From positions 6,068 to 70,067 of the forward strand of contig LWCA01000036.1 of the NCBI GenBank assembly GCA_001642005.1: a stretch of 64,000 nucleotides of DNA. The letters run 5' to 3'. Both the position numbers and the translations under genes were made by a program. The notes below the pieces were generated by a model. The model saw nothing but the letters and a program-made list of their open reading frames with translations. It did no database searches and had not been told where the DNA came from. Source of the stretch: Intoshia linei. Lineage: Eukaryota > Animalia > Orthonectida. Below are positions 27,378-40,329 of the stretch, piece by piece (position 1 is the first letter of the stretch; the number at the start of each line of letters is the position of its first letter).

Positions 27378-28544
27378 TTAAGTGCATTTTGTTCCAAGAG
27401 CCCTTAATTTACGATTTTTCATTTCATCCATATTTTGACGTGACATGTGAACTCGGCCCAGTTTATTTGAAAAGACGTCCATTTCAATGTTTTTTTTCTA
27501 TTGATAATTCAATTTACATAATTAAAAAAATACCTTTCTGATGATGGTGGGTAATGAAAGTGAATTTTTAAATTCTTTTTCTGATGCAATTTGATTTCTT
27601 CTCAATTTAAATTTAATGGATGAAACAAATTGACAATCTGCTATGGAATAAGTTCCACTACAATTTTTAACTGTGGTTCTAAAAGATTATTATATCAAAT
27701 AGATATGACTTAATAAAATTTTGAAATATTTATAGTAAAATTAGAAATTACTTGTAATTTCTAATTTCGAGTTCATTTTCATATAAAACAAACATTAAGT
27801 AGTTATCAAAACCAGTTACAACAATATTGTCTACAACTGGCCCACCAAAATAATCTAATGGAAAAAATTATATTAAAAAATATAAAATTACCAATAAAAA
27901 AATTTTTCAATCGTTGCATTTCCGTCGAAATGGTAAATTCACCGAGAAATAAAAGTCCCATTTTTGAACCATACGTTAATTTATTCTATAATATTCATAA
28001 ATTTTATTTGATATTAAATTTACCATAAAGTCAGAATCAAAATCTAAATGGGCTATACCCATCTCAAACATGTCAAAAACTTTTTCATCGTATATTCGAC
28101 CGATTATAATATTATTTGGTCTTTTTTTTGTATCGGATCCTACTAAAAACATAGAACAGCCATGTTGTCTAGATAATTTTTCAACGTCTTCGTAGTTTTC
28201 GAATAAAGATTTGTTTGATCTCCTAAAATAAATTGATGAGACATTATGACGACAAATTTTTCAGATAATTACCGTTTAAGAAATATTTTGTCTGTTTTAA
28301 ATTTTACCTATTGAAAAATACATTAGATATGCCAAAAAAACGAAATTACAAGAGTTTTTAAACAAGCTTCAACTACTATGCCTGAAGCTGTGTTGTTTAA
28401 AACGAGAGTTGATTTAGAATTTTGTAATTTAGGTTCTCGTCGTTTGAATAGACATTTCGATCGTCTTTTAATTGATTTTTTTGATCTTAAATTATACATT
28501 TTAACTAAATTAAATGTTTTACATTACTTTTGACTAGGTGCCAT
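27378..28544 (-). CDS. RPF2: Ribosome production factor 2 (Brix domain), multi-exon, not in ORF track
   Basis: Spliced MAPSQKSKKSIKRRSKCLFKRREPKL..., CSMFLVGSDTKKRPNNIIIGRIYDEKVFDMFEMGI, and C-terminal KKNIEMDVFSNKLGRVHMSRQNMDEMKNRKLRAL match RPF2 signatures. Short GT-AG introns. Confidence 0.92.
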
Positions 28545-28784
28545 TTTTTGTGTCGATAATTTAAATTTTCCCAAGTGATTATTCAATAAACTTTATTCAA
28601 ATTAAATTTTACACATTTGTTGATTTTGTATTTTTACTGATATTGCGTCGTTTTTTCTAATGGTTACTTTAAAATGTTTGCAACATACTGTCTAGTTTAC
28701 CAAACTGAAAGTTTGCATTGCTTATGTTGGGTTTTATAACAAAATATTTTTTGAAGATTACGAAAAGTGAAGTATGCTTTAGGA

Positions 28785-29822
28785 CAGGGGTGCACAAAGT
28801 ACGGCCATGGGCAATACATCTGATTATTTTACATTACATCATTTTACTGCAAATTAAAAATTTAAAATGAGATTTTATTCAAGGTCTATTTCAAATATTT
28901 TAATCAAAAAGTTACATTTTTGACTTTGCCCCAGTTTCTCAAATGTTAGCGAATGGAACACAATATCAAGGCAGTCACTGATATTTTTTTATGTCATTAT
29001 TACTATTTACATATTTTTTATGTCTTCCACTCTAATGTATGAACAAATCGGTTTTAATGGAACTTTTTTCTGTTGTCCAATTATTATTATTAATTATTTA
29101 TCGAAAAATTAATGATAAATGTTTTTTCCAAAAAAATATTAGTAAAAGGAGATTTTTCAAATTTTTTTTTAAAATCAGGTTTTTTCTTATGAAATCAGTC
29201 AGAAGATTTATTGATCTAATAATTTGGTAAAATGGGATTTTTCATAAAAATATTGGTAAAAGCGATTTTTTTCTTTAAGGGTTGGTAAAATTTGATTTTT
29301 TCTTTTGGAATCAGATAGGGTAGTTTTTATTCTAAAACTTTGGTAAAAATGGATTTTTAAAAAAATATATTGGTAAAAAGGGATTTCTTCCTTAAGAGTT
29401 GGTAAAATTTTGGTTTTTTCTCATAAAACTATATTAAATTGGATAATTTAATGAAATATGTTAAAAATTGTAGATTAGCCTACAATCATCTAAATTTTTG
29501 TATTCACCCCTTGGGGTGACCAGTCACCCCCATGAGAAACACTGTATTAATCCTACTACATTAATACTACTACTATTACTGTATTGCTATTTATTTCGAT
29601 TCAGATAAATGACAAATGTGGTGTTAATTTTAGTTGAAAATTATTAATTAAAACTTGCTGATACAATAATGTATTAAAATTTAAAGAGAACTATTTTATA
29701 TTAGACCTAAAATTTAGGTCCAGACTAAAATTTCTCAATGTCAAAGTAAATTTTGTGCGGCCGAGGCACCAATGAGAAAAGTAGCATTGTGGCTGAATTG
29801 GTGGAAAGGTTGTGCATCCCTG
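28785..29822. mobile_element. hAT (Buster-type) non-autonomous element containing a nested TTGGTAAAA-repeat element
   Basis: TIRs CAGGGGTGCACAA / TTGTGCATCCCTG; TSD CTTTAGGA / CTTTAGAA. Inner element about 29040-29543 ending GAGAAACACTG. Confidence 0.8.
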
Positions 29823-30371
29823 CTTTAGAATAACAATTGGATGCCTTTTTCTCGGAAAAATACAAAATTATGAGGTTGGAATTTTTTCTCTGTGAATGGA
29901 AAACTGTCTTGTATAGTATCTGTGTAGTTTGTTTTTGTTAAATTCTAAAACTTGATATGTGAATATTTTTCAGTGATAATTCTATAATTGTATTTTTAGT
30001 TTCTTATCGTAAGGATGAAAATTTCTGAGAATTAAATTTATAGTAACACTTGATATTCTAGGAATGTTATTTTTTAGATAACCTGAAGGCAGAAATTTAA
30101 CTTTATATAAATAAGCATTACTTTGAAAATTATTATTTTGTACCTAAATAATACAAATTTTTCAGACCACTGGAAAATTATACTAATCCCAATTTAAGAA
30201 ACTGACATGTAAGGATTAAGAAACATACGTTGACATGTATGACTCCAATACTGAGTCCAAATCATACTTTGTCTTAAACAATTAGAGGGAACTCTGGTGG
30301 TAGTGTATATAAATGTATATTAACGTGTTTAATAGGTGAAAATGTAATTATTAACATTTAATTTAAAATTA

Positions 30372-33300
30372 TTATAAATTAAAATCAACAACAACGTCAA
30401 CATTTTTAGTTTCGTCGTTGATTTTGTCTAAAAGTTGATCTGTAATTTTTTCATGGATACTTTCGTCAGTATCTACATTGGTAGTCGAATAATTATCGCT
30501 TATTTCGCTGATAGTTTGAGATATGTGACTGGTAGTCTTTTGTAATTGTTCATTTAAATGCTTATATTCATCTTGAGATACAGCATTAACTTCTTTTGAA
30601 TTTTTTCGCTGGAGTCTAAAAATTACATGATTAATACGGATCAATTTAATGTTTCATTTAATATCATGCTTCTCGTTTTATAAACCTCACAAAAAGGAAT
30701 ATGATTCATGACAAATAAATACAATTTTTAACCCATTCAAGTTAAATTATTAACTAAATACATAAATTGTAATAAATAAGTAATGCACTTTTAAAAATAG
30801 AAAAAATTTGAATTTAATTATGAGTTTTCAACCTTAACTTTAATAACCACTTATCCGCCTCTTAACAGGACTAGTTAAATGTGAACATAAAATAATTATT
30901 ATAGTCAAAAATATAATTTTTTGAATGAGCAAATTATGAAAAATTAAGCCACAAATATGGTCTCAGTACAATAGGTTCGGGTCTGAAATCAAATAAATTA
31001 ATTAACAGCTAAGACCGGAAATCTGAGTAATTACAGGGCTCCAATCTAATGTAACCAAAATTTGGATAAACTTTTTTAATTTTTTTAAAATTTGATTTAA
31101 AAAGTATACATCAACTGTTCGTTGTACAATGTCGTATCCTGTTTAATGTCCACAGAGGCAATGTCAATTTTGCCACGACGAAAACAATTTTCACATGTAA
31201 ATTTCTTTTCGTTCCTTTGAAATGAATTTAAGTGTAATTTTGTATTACAATCGACTAAAAATAGTATATATTCAGAGTGTATATAATAAATTATTCAGAT
31301 ACATATTGTTAGTACACTTTAAGTCCATTTTAATGGAATATAGAAGTGATTCTTAAACATAAAACTCTACGGACTCTCATTTCACATAAAATTTATAAAT
31401 CATACTTCTAATTACATTTTAGCTTTCATTTACTAAATCTTTAAATGTCAATATATAAATGAGCCAATATCTCAAACCTTTTTAAATTTTCACAAAAAAA
31501 TTAACAACTATTCTTAATGTTTAATATTCATAAATTTAGCTTTACGATAGCTTCCCAGGGTAATGTGACTTTTGACGACATGAAGGTACAAATTTATTAT
31601 AAAATATTTACTGAAAACATCTGTATTAAAATTGTCATATTTCGCGGAATCCTAGAAAATTATAAAGACCATCAAGAGTCCGCAGGTCCCAGTTTAAGAA
31701 ACCAGGGAATATAGCAATAATAAGAAATGGCGTAATTTATGTTTTTATTAACATGTAAATTAAATTATTTTAAACTTTGACCAATGGTATTCACCTTTTT
31801 TCAGCTGATTCCTCACATTTTAATTCTCCGTTAAAATTTTAAAATTCCTCCATGGGAGGAATTACCCCGATTGAAAACACCGAGTTAAACCGATGTAAAT
31901 TAAATGAATCGATTAATTCCCAAAACAGTAGAAAAAATAAACATAATTATTCATGAAATCATCAATATACTTCCTTCCCGGGTAATATCTTTTTCTACAA
32001 GGTCATTGTTGATAATTTAATTAGATGCACCGAACCTATAATATAAAAACACGTGTTTAAAATACAATTAACAAATATCGTAAGATAAATAGAATATGTT
32101 GCATTTAGAATTAAAATTAAAACTATAAGGTTAAATTTATTGAGAAAAAATTGTATTCATTTTTGCTGAATTACCAAATTAAAATACATTCAATGTAAAA
32201 TGTACATTTTTATCAAATGTTCATTCCCAGGGCTCATGACTTAAAAAACGTTCATAAACCGTTACTCAGCAAAGTTTAATTTATGAATAAATCTACAGTA
32301 AAACCTGCTATTCACCCTGTTAATTTATATTTATATAGTAAAATTCTGTAATTCGCCCAAAATTTTTCATATTTTTTAAATTTCCAATAAAAACTTAGTG
32401 CATATTATAATTATAAAAAATTTATTTTAAGCACAGTTTCAAAGTATTTCGAAACCATAATCCCTAATCTAATCTCGACATTTTAGACCCTCTCAGTGGC
32501 GGATCCAAGAGGCTAGTTAATGGGGTGCAAGCAAAGCGAAAAATATAGTAAGTATAGTAATATAAATTTTTTTCAGGGGCGTCTCTTTTAATTTCCGTTA
32601 AAGGTTGTTATACAATAGTTTCCAAATTTATATTTTTTCGCAAAAATAAAAAAAATGATCAGCACAAAAAAAAAAAAAATTAATTTTGTTCATTAAATAA
32701 TCCTAAATCAATTAGGTCCAGTCTTCTTGGATGTAGTATTGTAAATTCATTAACCAACATTAACATTACAAAACATTAATTAAAAATTTAGGGATACAAC
32801 TGCACCTTTTGCACCCCCTTAAATCCACCCCTGCCTCTGATCGCAAATTATCGAGTTCCTTTCAATCTTTGCACACATTCAGTCTCATTCAATTTGAACA
32901 CTCAAATACTTTCCAAATCATTTGTGCACTGTACTCATTGAAGGAGTTGGACTTTACATTATTTAGATTTATATTTCATTATTGACAATAATTTCAGTAA
33001 AATCTATTTAATTAAGATTGTAGATAGTATATGAAAACTACAGTCGCTATTTTAAAATTAAAAATTAGTCAGTTAACGGTTCCACATCCAATGATTCAAA
33101 TATGAATCATTCAAAATTTACCACCCCTTAATGGAAAATTCCCCTTTTACCAACTATGACATGCGATTCTAAATATGCCATATTTTTATTTTAGATATTG
33201 AATTAGATTGCTTTATGTAAACATGACATTCCATTTAGTTAACAAAATTATAATTTTTAAGAAAATTTTTTTTCACTAGATAAAATGTTAATACTTTTAC

Positions 33301-34685
33301 CCTTATAGAATTGAAAAAGTGTACATTTTATATAAATATATAATTACGCAAGATTTATAAAATTGCATCAAAAATTAAAAATAGTAATTTGTCAAGTTTT
33401 AATAATAGGTAAACTTGGATTTTTCCTTAAATTTAGTTTATTATGGCTCTAAACTAAAGCCTCTAGTATAACATTTGATGATAAATAATTTTTTTAAATG
33501 TTTTTATATAAATTTGAAGTAATTTTAAAAATAAAAAAAAACAAAATATTCAAAACCTACTACCATTAATAATAACCAATTTTATCAAAATACAACAATA
33601 ATTACAAATCTAATTAACGATAAAATAGATTTATACCAATATAAAATTATGAAGAGTTCTTCAATAATTAAAGTAAAAATCTAAATTTTGTAGAAATAAT
33701 TGATTAAAAGTACCCTAAAATCAATGAATCACATTAAATTGGTTAGAAAAATCGAGCAAGTTAATGAATTTATTAGATTGCCTGTATTGCATAAATAAAT
33801 GTTAAATTAGTAAATAACCTTCAACTAACTTTTACATGAAACCTATTCAAAATATTTCTAATATCAATACACAGAAAATACCAGACCAATTAAAAAATAT
33901 ATTCCAGTATAAATCACCGTACTCGATCATATCCAAATAGGTGTGATGACATTTATTACATTAACCAATCCAATATTGAACCCAAAAAAATTATAGCATG
34001 CTTAATTTTTAAAAAAAATTTGTCTAAAATAGATTTAAATTACATTCCCCCTATTCAAACTTGAGATTTTGAAATGAACATTCCCAGTAAAACTGAAAAA
34101 TGTACATTTCAAATTTTGTAAATTATATAACAAAACTTACAACATCTGAAGCATTGAGAATGCCAGACAGATTCACCAGCAAGCAATTTTTCAGCAAAAT
34201 AGACACTTTTGCCACACTTAAAACATTTTTCAATGTTCGAATTGGTAAGATTAAGAGGAGTTTTATTTTCATTTTTGACAGTATTTTCGCCACCTTTGTT
34301 GCCCCTAAATTGACTACTTTGCATAACAATCTGAGCATATTCTTTATTTCCGTCAAATTTGTAATTATTCGAAGCTTGGGTGAGTTTAACATGACTCTTC
34401 ATATGACTTTGGCAGAAAATTTTATTATCTTGAGCTCGGACAGAGATGAGGTTTAAAATTTTACCGCAATCTTCATGGGTGCATTTAAAACACCATTTAT
34501 GCCAACTTTCTGTGCCATATGTGATCATTTCATTATGGTAAACAGATTTTCCACAATTGTAACAAGCTGGCGCAGTAATTGACGCCATTCTAGGTATTTT
34601 TGGTTTATAAGACGTTTTTCCTAATAAACAGTAAATATATATCAAAATACTAAAAAATATTAAAATTACCTGAATTTGATTGCAT
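30372..34685 (-). CDS. Two-LIM-domain protein (LASP/CRP-like LIMs, acidic C-terminal tail); one internal exon unresolved
   Basis: Exons 34685-34670, 34620-34141 (LIM1 CYNC...WHKWCFKC...C...FCQSH; LIM2 first half CFKC...WHSQCFRC), 31214-31110 (NEKKFTCENCF, end of LIM2), 30615-30372. A phase-1 to phase-2 exon of roughly 40 nt is needed between 34140 and 31215 and was not identified. Confidence 0.75.
32494..32833. mobile_element. hAT-like MITE with an apparent 5-bp TSD
   Basis: TIRs CAGTGGCGGAT / ATCCACCCCTG; CCTCT directly flanks both ends (32489-32493, 32834-32838). Confidence 0.65.
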
Positions 34686-35249
34686 GTTTAAAATTTATGA
34701 GTAAAAATGTAATTCAATGCGTTAAATTAATGTGTAGTATTGACTGAAAGTCTAAACAAAAGCTAGAGCGATAATTAATAAATTATACAGCTACTGTTGG
34801 AATTTAAAAGTGCGACACAAATTGTATGATACAATTGTGGCTAGAGAATGTATCAACGATAAATCAACATTTCATTAGTAACAAATGACCAAATCATTGT
34901 TCGCGAGTCTCAACCTGACTACTAGTCAGTGACTATAATATAGTACAATTACACGCTTCATACATTCCAACAGAGTTAAATTATATGTATCAAGTTACCG
35001 TTTTGAAAATTTTAAAATGTGTAGCAGAATAAACAGACTAAAATGTATTTACTTGGTGTATGGCGATATTTTTAAAATGTAAATAAATGTATCATACACA
35101 TTACATCCAATTTATTAATTACACTGAAGATTTCATATTATTCTGTGCATAACTGTAATTTATTTTAAAGAATCAAGCCAAAATAAATATAACAAGTAAG
35201 TAAATAAACCAATACATACGAAATTGTATAACAATTTTTTAAAATTCAA

Positions 35250-35501
35250 ATGTCTAAAAAAAGTAATGCCATGCCATTATATTTAAGGGTAATTGACATT
35301 TATTAATTGACGTAATTAAATCTCTGTTAGAATTTTAATACTATGAATATATCAGATGAAGTGGACGCTGCAATCGTTAAACTTAAAACTACAAATCCAA
35401 ATGACATCAAAACAAAGGTAGAAAATGAAATGGAATGTCTTATACTATTGATACAAAATCCTCGATTTATAGATTCACTTAAAAACATTTTACCTTATTA
35501 A
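35250..35501 (+). CDS. Orphan 69-aa two-exon helical protein, L27-domain-like
   Basis: Exon 35250-35288, 42-nt GT-AG intron, exon 35331-35501. Product MSKKSNAMPLYLRNFNTMNISDEVDAAIVKLKTTNPNDIKTKVENEMECLILLIQNPRFIDSLKNILPY*. Confidence 0.5.
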
Positions 35502-35576
35502 ATTTGAAGGTTAAATTTTAATTTACACGTTAATTAAACCTTTAAAAATGGGTTGATTAATTATTAACAAAATAAT

Positions 35577-38500
35577 TTACATTTTATTTTTAATAGCTGG
35601 AATCAATTTCAATACAGAGTATTCTCCTTGATTTTTCATGTGAATAATCCATTTATCGAATTTTTCTTTGTACAAAGTATATTGCTTTTTATACAAGAGT
35701 TTATATTTCTAAAATTAAAATTTATACTTTTATGTAATGTGAAAATCATACATCCTTTTCTTTTGTAGACATTGCATTCCACAACTTTGCAGCTTTAATG
35801 AAGCATACAGTTCTAAATAAATTTTTTTATATTCTTTAAAATTATGGTAAGTTTTATTTAAAGTGACATTGTACATAAATCAGTTTCAAGAAAAATTTCC
35901 AATGTCATTTAGTCTTTTTTCCAATCAAATATATTTTGAAATGTATCAATTTATCATAATTGTAATTTCAATATTTTTCAATAAGATGACTAATAACTGA
36001 GACTTTGTAATTCAGAGTCAATTGGAATTTTTCAATATAGACACATAAATTTGCTTTCATTCACCCGTACATTTTTTATATTAACAAATTATGTAAATAA
36101 ATTACAAAATGTACTTTAATTTTAAAAACATGACACTACATGTACATCCAACGATTTCAGGATATACACTTTCAGGGAGCGAACCGCATTTACATTTTAT
36201 TCATATAATGAAAACGCTATCTTCAGCATATACACTAAAACAGGGATGTCAAATCTGTTGCCCACTTAATATTTTTTATTTAAAAAAAGGAAATATTTAA
36301 TTGTTAGCGGTTATTAAATCATAATTTATTAATTATAATTATTACAATAATTATTGTCTGTAAAGAACTGAATTCTAAGTTATTAAAAAGTGTTATCCAC
36401 TATATTTTTAAATCTTTAAAAGTCTACCATAAAAAAATCTTAGATTCACCCCTGTGGCTAGGTGAATATATTTCAATTTATATTGCGGCCCATTAAAAAA
36501 AAATTTGTCCATGACAACCCTGTCTAGAAAGTGGTTCCCAAATGGGATCTACAGAAGCCATTTTAAACGGGGTCCCCGGCAGTTTTTTGAGTTAATGAAA
36601 AAAAATTGTTATTTATAGAAATAAAATGAAAAATGATATTTCGGTAATGATAGTAATTATTTCTAATTAACGCCATCTGATTTAATATCTTTTTTCTATT
36701 TCGCATAAATTTAAGTGAATATATTAAATACTCTATATAAACGTAAAAACAATAATTCTATATCTTTTACTAATATAAAATTGAATGTCTATGCGAGTTT
36801 GTTACCGTATATTTAAATAATTGAAAATCGTACAATATAAAAAAAACCACAATTTCTTATACAGTGTTTCCCAGGAGTGTTTATATCTATTTTTCGTTTC
36901 TAGATTTGAGTTCTTGACGGACAAAAACCCAATTTGCCTTTTTATGTAAAAATAAAATCATCCCAAAAATGTAATAAAACAAATTCTGGGCGCGGTTTAA
37001 AATCTCCGCCTCAGAAATGCACACCTTCTTAGTCAAACCCACAAATTACACAATGGTTAAAAAAATGAAACATGTCCTAAACTTTTATAAAACTTAAATT
37101 ATGGGATAGCTTTAAAAGCCATAAGCATTATAATAAATAACAACCTCAAAAAGTGCATTTTAACGATTAAAATAACAAATTTACCCTTTTTTTAAAAAAT
37201 AAAAACAGACCTAGAATTAAAAAAACATTACAGACGACACAGTTATATCCAGTTAACGCACGCAAAAAATTTCAATCTTAAAATGTAACTCCTTCACGGT
37301 CAAAAAAGCAGTTTATTATTCATTTTTTTATTTCAAAAGTTAAAATTCAACTAAAAATTTAAAATAATCAACGGTTCTACAATGAAGGTGCTAAATTTAA
37401 AATAGGTTAAGAAACCTGGATTAATATGTAACTATTATAATTAAGTATGTAATTACTTTTTATCGTTCTTTAACTTTTCAGAATTTAATTTAATAAACAA
37501 AGCAAATTGGTTAGAAGCACCACATTCTGGCATTTGATAATTTCTAGCAACTTTTAAAACGTACTTCTAAAATTAATAATAAATATTAAGCAGAGTATAT
37601 AATGTTTCACATATCTAATATAGTCAATTCTCCAGAGATAAAAATTATTTTTTTTTATTTGAACAAAAATACATGCTCAAAATTGAAAATATCTCTGTTA
37701 GAAAAAATTTTCAAGTTATAAAAAACAGAAAATAGGTCATTCAAAAATACAAAGAAATAATTATCATGAAAAAAATAGAATATTCCAATATTATCACGTG
37801 AAATCATAAAAAATATTAAAACACCCAAAGAAAACTTGTAGATAAATATAAAATCGCAGTTGGTATAGTTTACATTCCTTAAAGATGGTAAAGAAGTTAA
37901 GAAATCAATGAACAATGTATAATCGGTAAAAACAAGAAAATTAAGCAAAATTCATTTAAATATGGAATCATATTACTTGAATGTTTTCACATCAGCAAAA
38001 TTTAAACTTTATAATCAGTGATGAAGATGTTAGACAAGATACACCGAAAAAATGGGGGAAATTGGTAAAGAAAATTTTACGGCGTCTACTGGGTGCTTCG
38101 ATAATTTTAAAAAAAGACACACTATAAAAAAACTAATAACTAAAAGGTGAAGCAAATTTTATTTACATATATACTAATTTGCTAGACAAGTTTTTGAAAA
38201 TTTTGAAAAAATATGGAAAAATTGTAAGTTACAATTTGTAACAAGAACATGTAATTGTTAATTGCGTGAAACAGACTGACATGAGACATACTATTTTGTT
38301 GTTCATACTTATGAAACCTTTGGTCAGATATTAATCAAAAAACCTCATTGTTTTAAAAACAATAAACACATATAATAAAAAATCTTAATATTGATTATAC
38401 TTATACTTAACAAACTTTGTTCATTTCTTCTATATTGAAAAAATTTTTAATTTGACATTTTGACGTTCATCTTTAGAGAATTTACTGTAACTGAAAAACA

Positions 38501-40141
38501 CTTAAAATTCTACCAATTGCAAAATTAAAATCTTATCAACGATTAGTTAATTTAACCTTGTAAAGATAAGGTGTATTGTATATTCTGTTTATGTGTTGGA
38601 ATTTACTATATGCAATGTTTTTTCCTTTGATTTGATCGGATTTATTATAATAGTCCAGCAAGTTTTCATGGTATACTTCTATATATTTCTAAAAAAAGTT
38701 AATGGTAATATTATTAAAAAAAATATTTAAATTTCATTTCTCTTTACCAGATACAATGCAATGAAATATTTCAAATGTGTAAGTAAAACTTGACATACCG
38801 ATTAGAGTTCTCAACACGATCCGCAGCACTAAATTTTAAATTTTGATGAATAATTACTGATAGTTTATTATAATTATTCGGTAAAATCCTTAACTAACTT
38901 TAACCCGAACAAAAACTTAAACCGTGCTGCAGAACTCTAATATTTATCATATCAAAGCAATTAAATACACATATTACCATTTTATCATATTCTTTCATGT
39001 GGAACCATTTTTTACATAAATGTTGATGCACTAATCGCATATCACCAAATGTTTTAACAATAGTTTCATCTTGTTTCATCATTTTTTGTACATAGGTAAT
39101 ATAGGGAGCTAAAATAGAAACACGTAAGTATAAACATTAATTTTACAAATTAAAAAAATTCTACCAGAGCCAAGACCCTCCCAAGAGGCTTCGGAGAAAT
39201 TTATGCAAAATGGTGGCTCATTTTTTCAAATTGAGAATTAAACAAAATGATATTTTTTAAAAGACTATTACTATTTTACTATATGGCAGTAGTTTTTGAT
39301 TGGGGTCCAAAACTATATGTCTGGGTCCGTGAGATTTAAATAAAATTTAGTTTATTTTTATATGAGAATTTTCATTATTTATTAAATAGTTGCCAGAGGT
39401 TGGGAATTTATCCCAAAGCCTAGAAAACCGTTACAATATTATTTCAAAAATCCTACTTTTATTACACCATTAATATAATTTAATAAAAAGTAACATTTCA
39501 AACCCTCAGGAAAAAATGTACTTTTACAGATATTTTTTTGAAAAACCCGTTTTTACCAAATCTTATAAGCAACAACTTCCTAATCCAAAACCCAAAATAA
39601 AAAATCCTCTTTTTCCAATAAATAATTTTTTTGAAAAACACGATTTTACCAAATCATATGAAAAAAAACTATTAATTAATAAATTTTTTATATTTCATGT
39701 TCCTTTAGGGGTCCAAAAATATAAATATTTTTAAATGGGATGTGGAAAAGCAGCGTTTCCTAAATGCTGGTCCGTGAAAATTTTTTACCGGTGCGCTAAA
39801 CACACATTACATATTGTCAAACAATCTTCTAGAAATGAGTTATGAACAGGGCGTTATCGAAAATTAGGTTTGTATGTTTATGGAAAGAGTATGTACATTT
39901 AACGAAACGTAAACATTTCGGATTAGTTTTTTTAATACACACAATATGTATTTGGATGATTTAGTCACTAAATTTTAGTGTAAAAATTAATATTGTCATA
40001 ATTACGCAAGATTATTATACATTAATTCACTAAATAATAGATAAAACACTTACTAACTGGACGTTTTGGGAATGGAATCAAAACAGACATATTTTTATAC
40101 AGTTGAATCACAGGAATGTGTAATTTTTTTAAAATTTTCAT
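35577..40141 (-). CDS. TFAM: Mitochondrial transcription factor A-like protein (two HMG boxes), 6 exons, 217 aa
   Basis: Exons 40141-40054, 39108-38978, 38688-38557, 37566-37457, 35812-35752, 35708-35577 splice in frame (654 nt). Basic, acid-free presequence MKILKKLHIPVIQLYKNMS; HMG1 PKRPVTPYITYV...KKWFHMKEYDKMKY; HMG2 FALFIK...AAKLWNAMSTKEKDKY...YKEKFDKWIIHMKNQG. Confidence 0.82.
37620..38200 (+). mobile_element. Tigger/pogo (CENP-B-like) transposase remnant in the TFAM intron
   Basis: Plus-strand FTASTGCFDNFKKRH at ~38075-38120 matches the pogo HTH motif FxASxGWFxxFKxRH; the surrounding sequence is degraded. Confidence 0.65.
38803..38938. mobile_element. Short hAT-like MITE in the TFAM intron
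   Basis: Inverted ends AGAGTTCTCAACACG / CGTGCTGCAGAACTCT; a related end is at ~26588. Confidence 0.55.
39287..39750 (+). mobile_element. Family A MITE in TFAM intron 1
   Basis: CAGTAGTTTTTGATTGGGGTCC start; colinear with the reverse complement of 25926-26401. Confidence 0.75.
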
Positions 40142-40329
40142 TTCCGAGAAGTAAAAATATACTCCTACATTTCACATTAATAAAATTATTTTCAAGTTAA
40201 ACAGCAAGCTTTGAAACTTTGTAGTATTTATAAATTTATCATTTTATATTTTTTAATTATATTGACTTGTAAATGATGGACATAATTTTTAATAGAATTA
40301 TACAACGTGCATTTAATGCTTATTTCATC

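Noticed and set aside
29130-29420. ~30-bp periodic repeats resembling a CRISPR array
   Set aside because: Degenerate tandem units without unique spacers, inside MITEs, in eukaryotic DNA with no cas genes.
34100-34456. Plus-strand 118-aa ORF and alternative-frame 89-aa ORF
   Set aside because: Shadows of the LIM exon.
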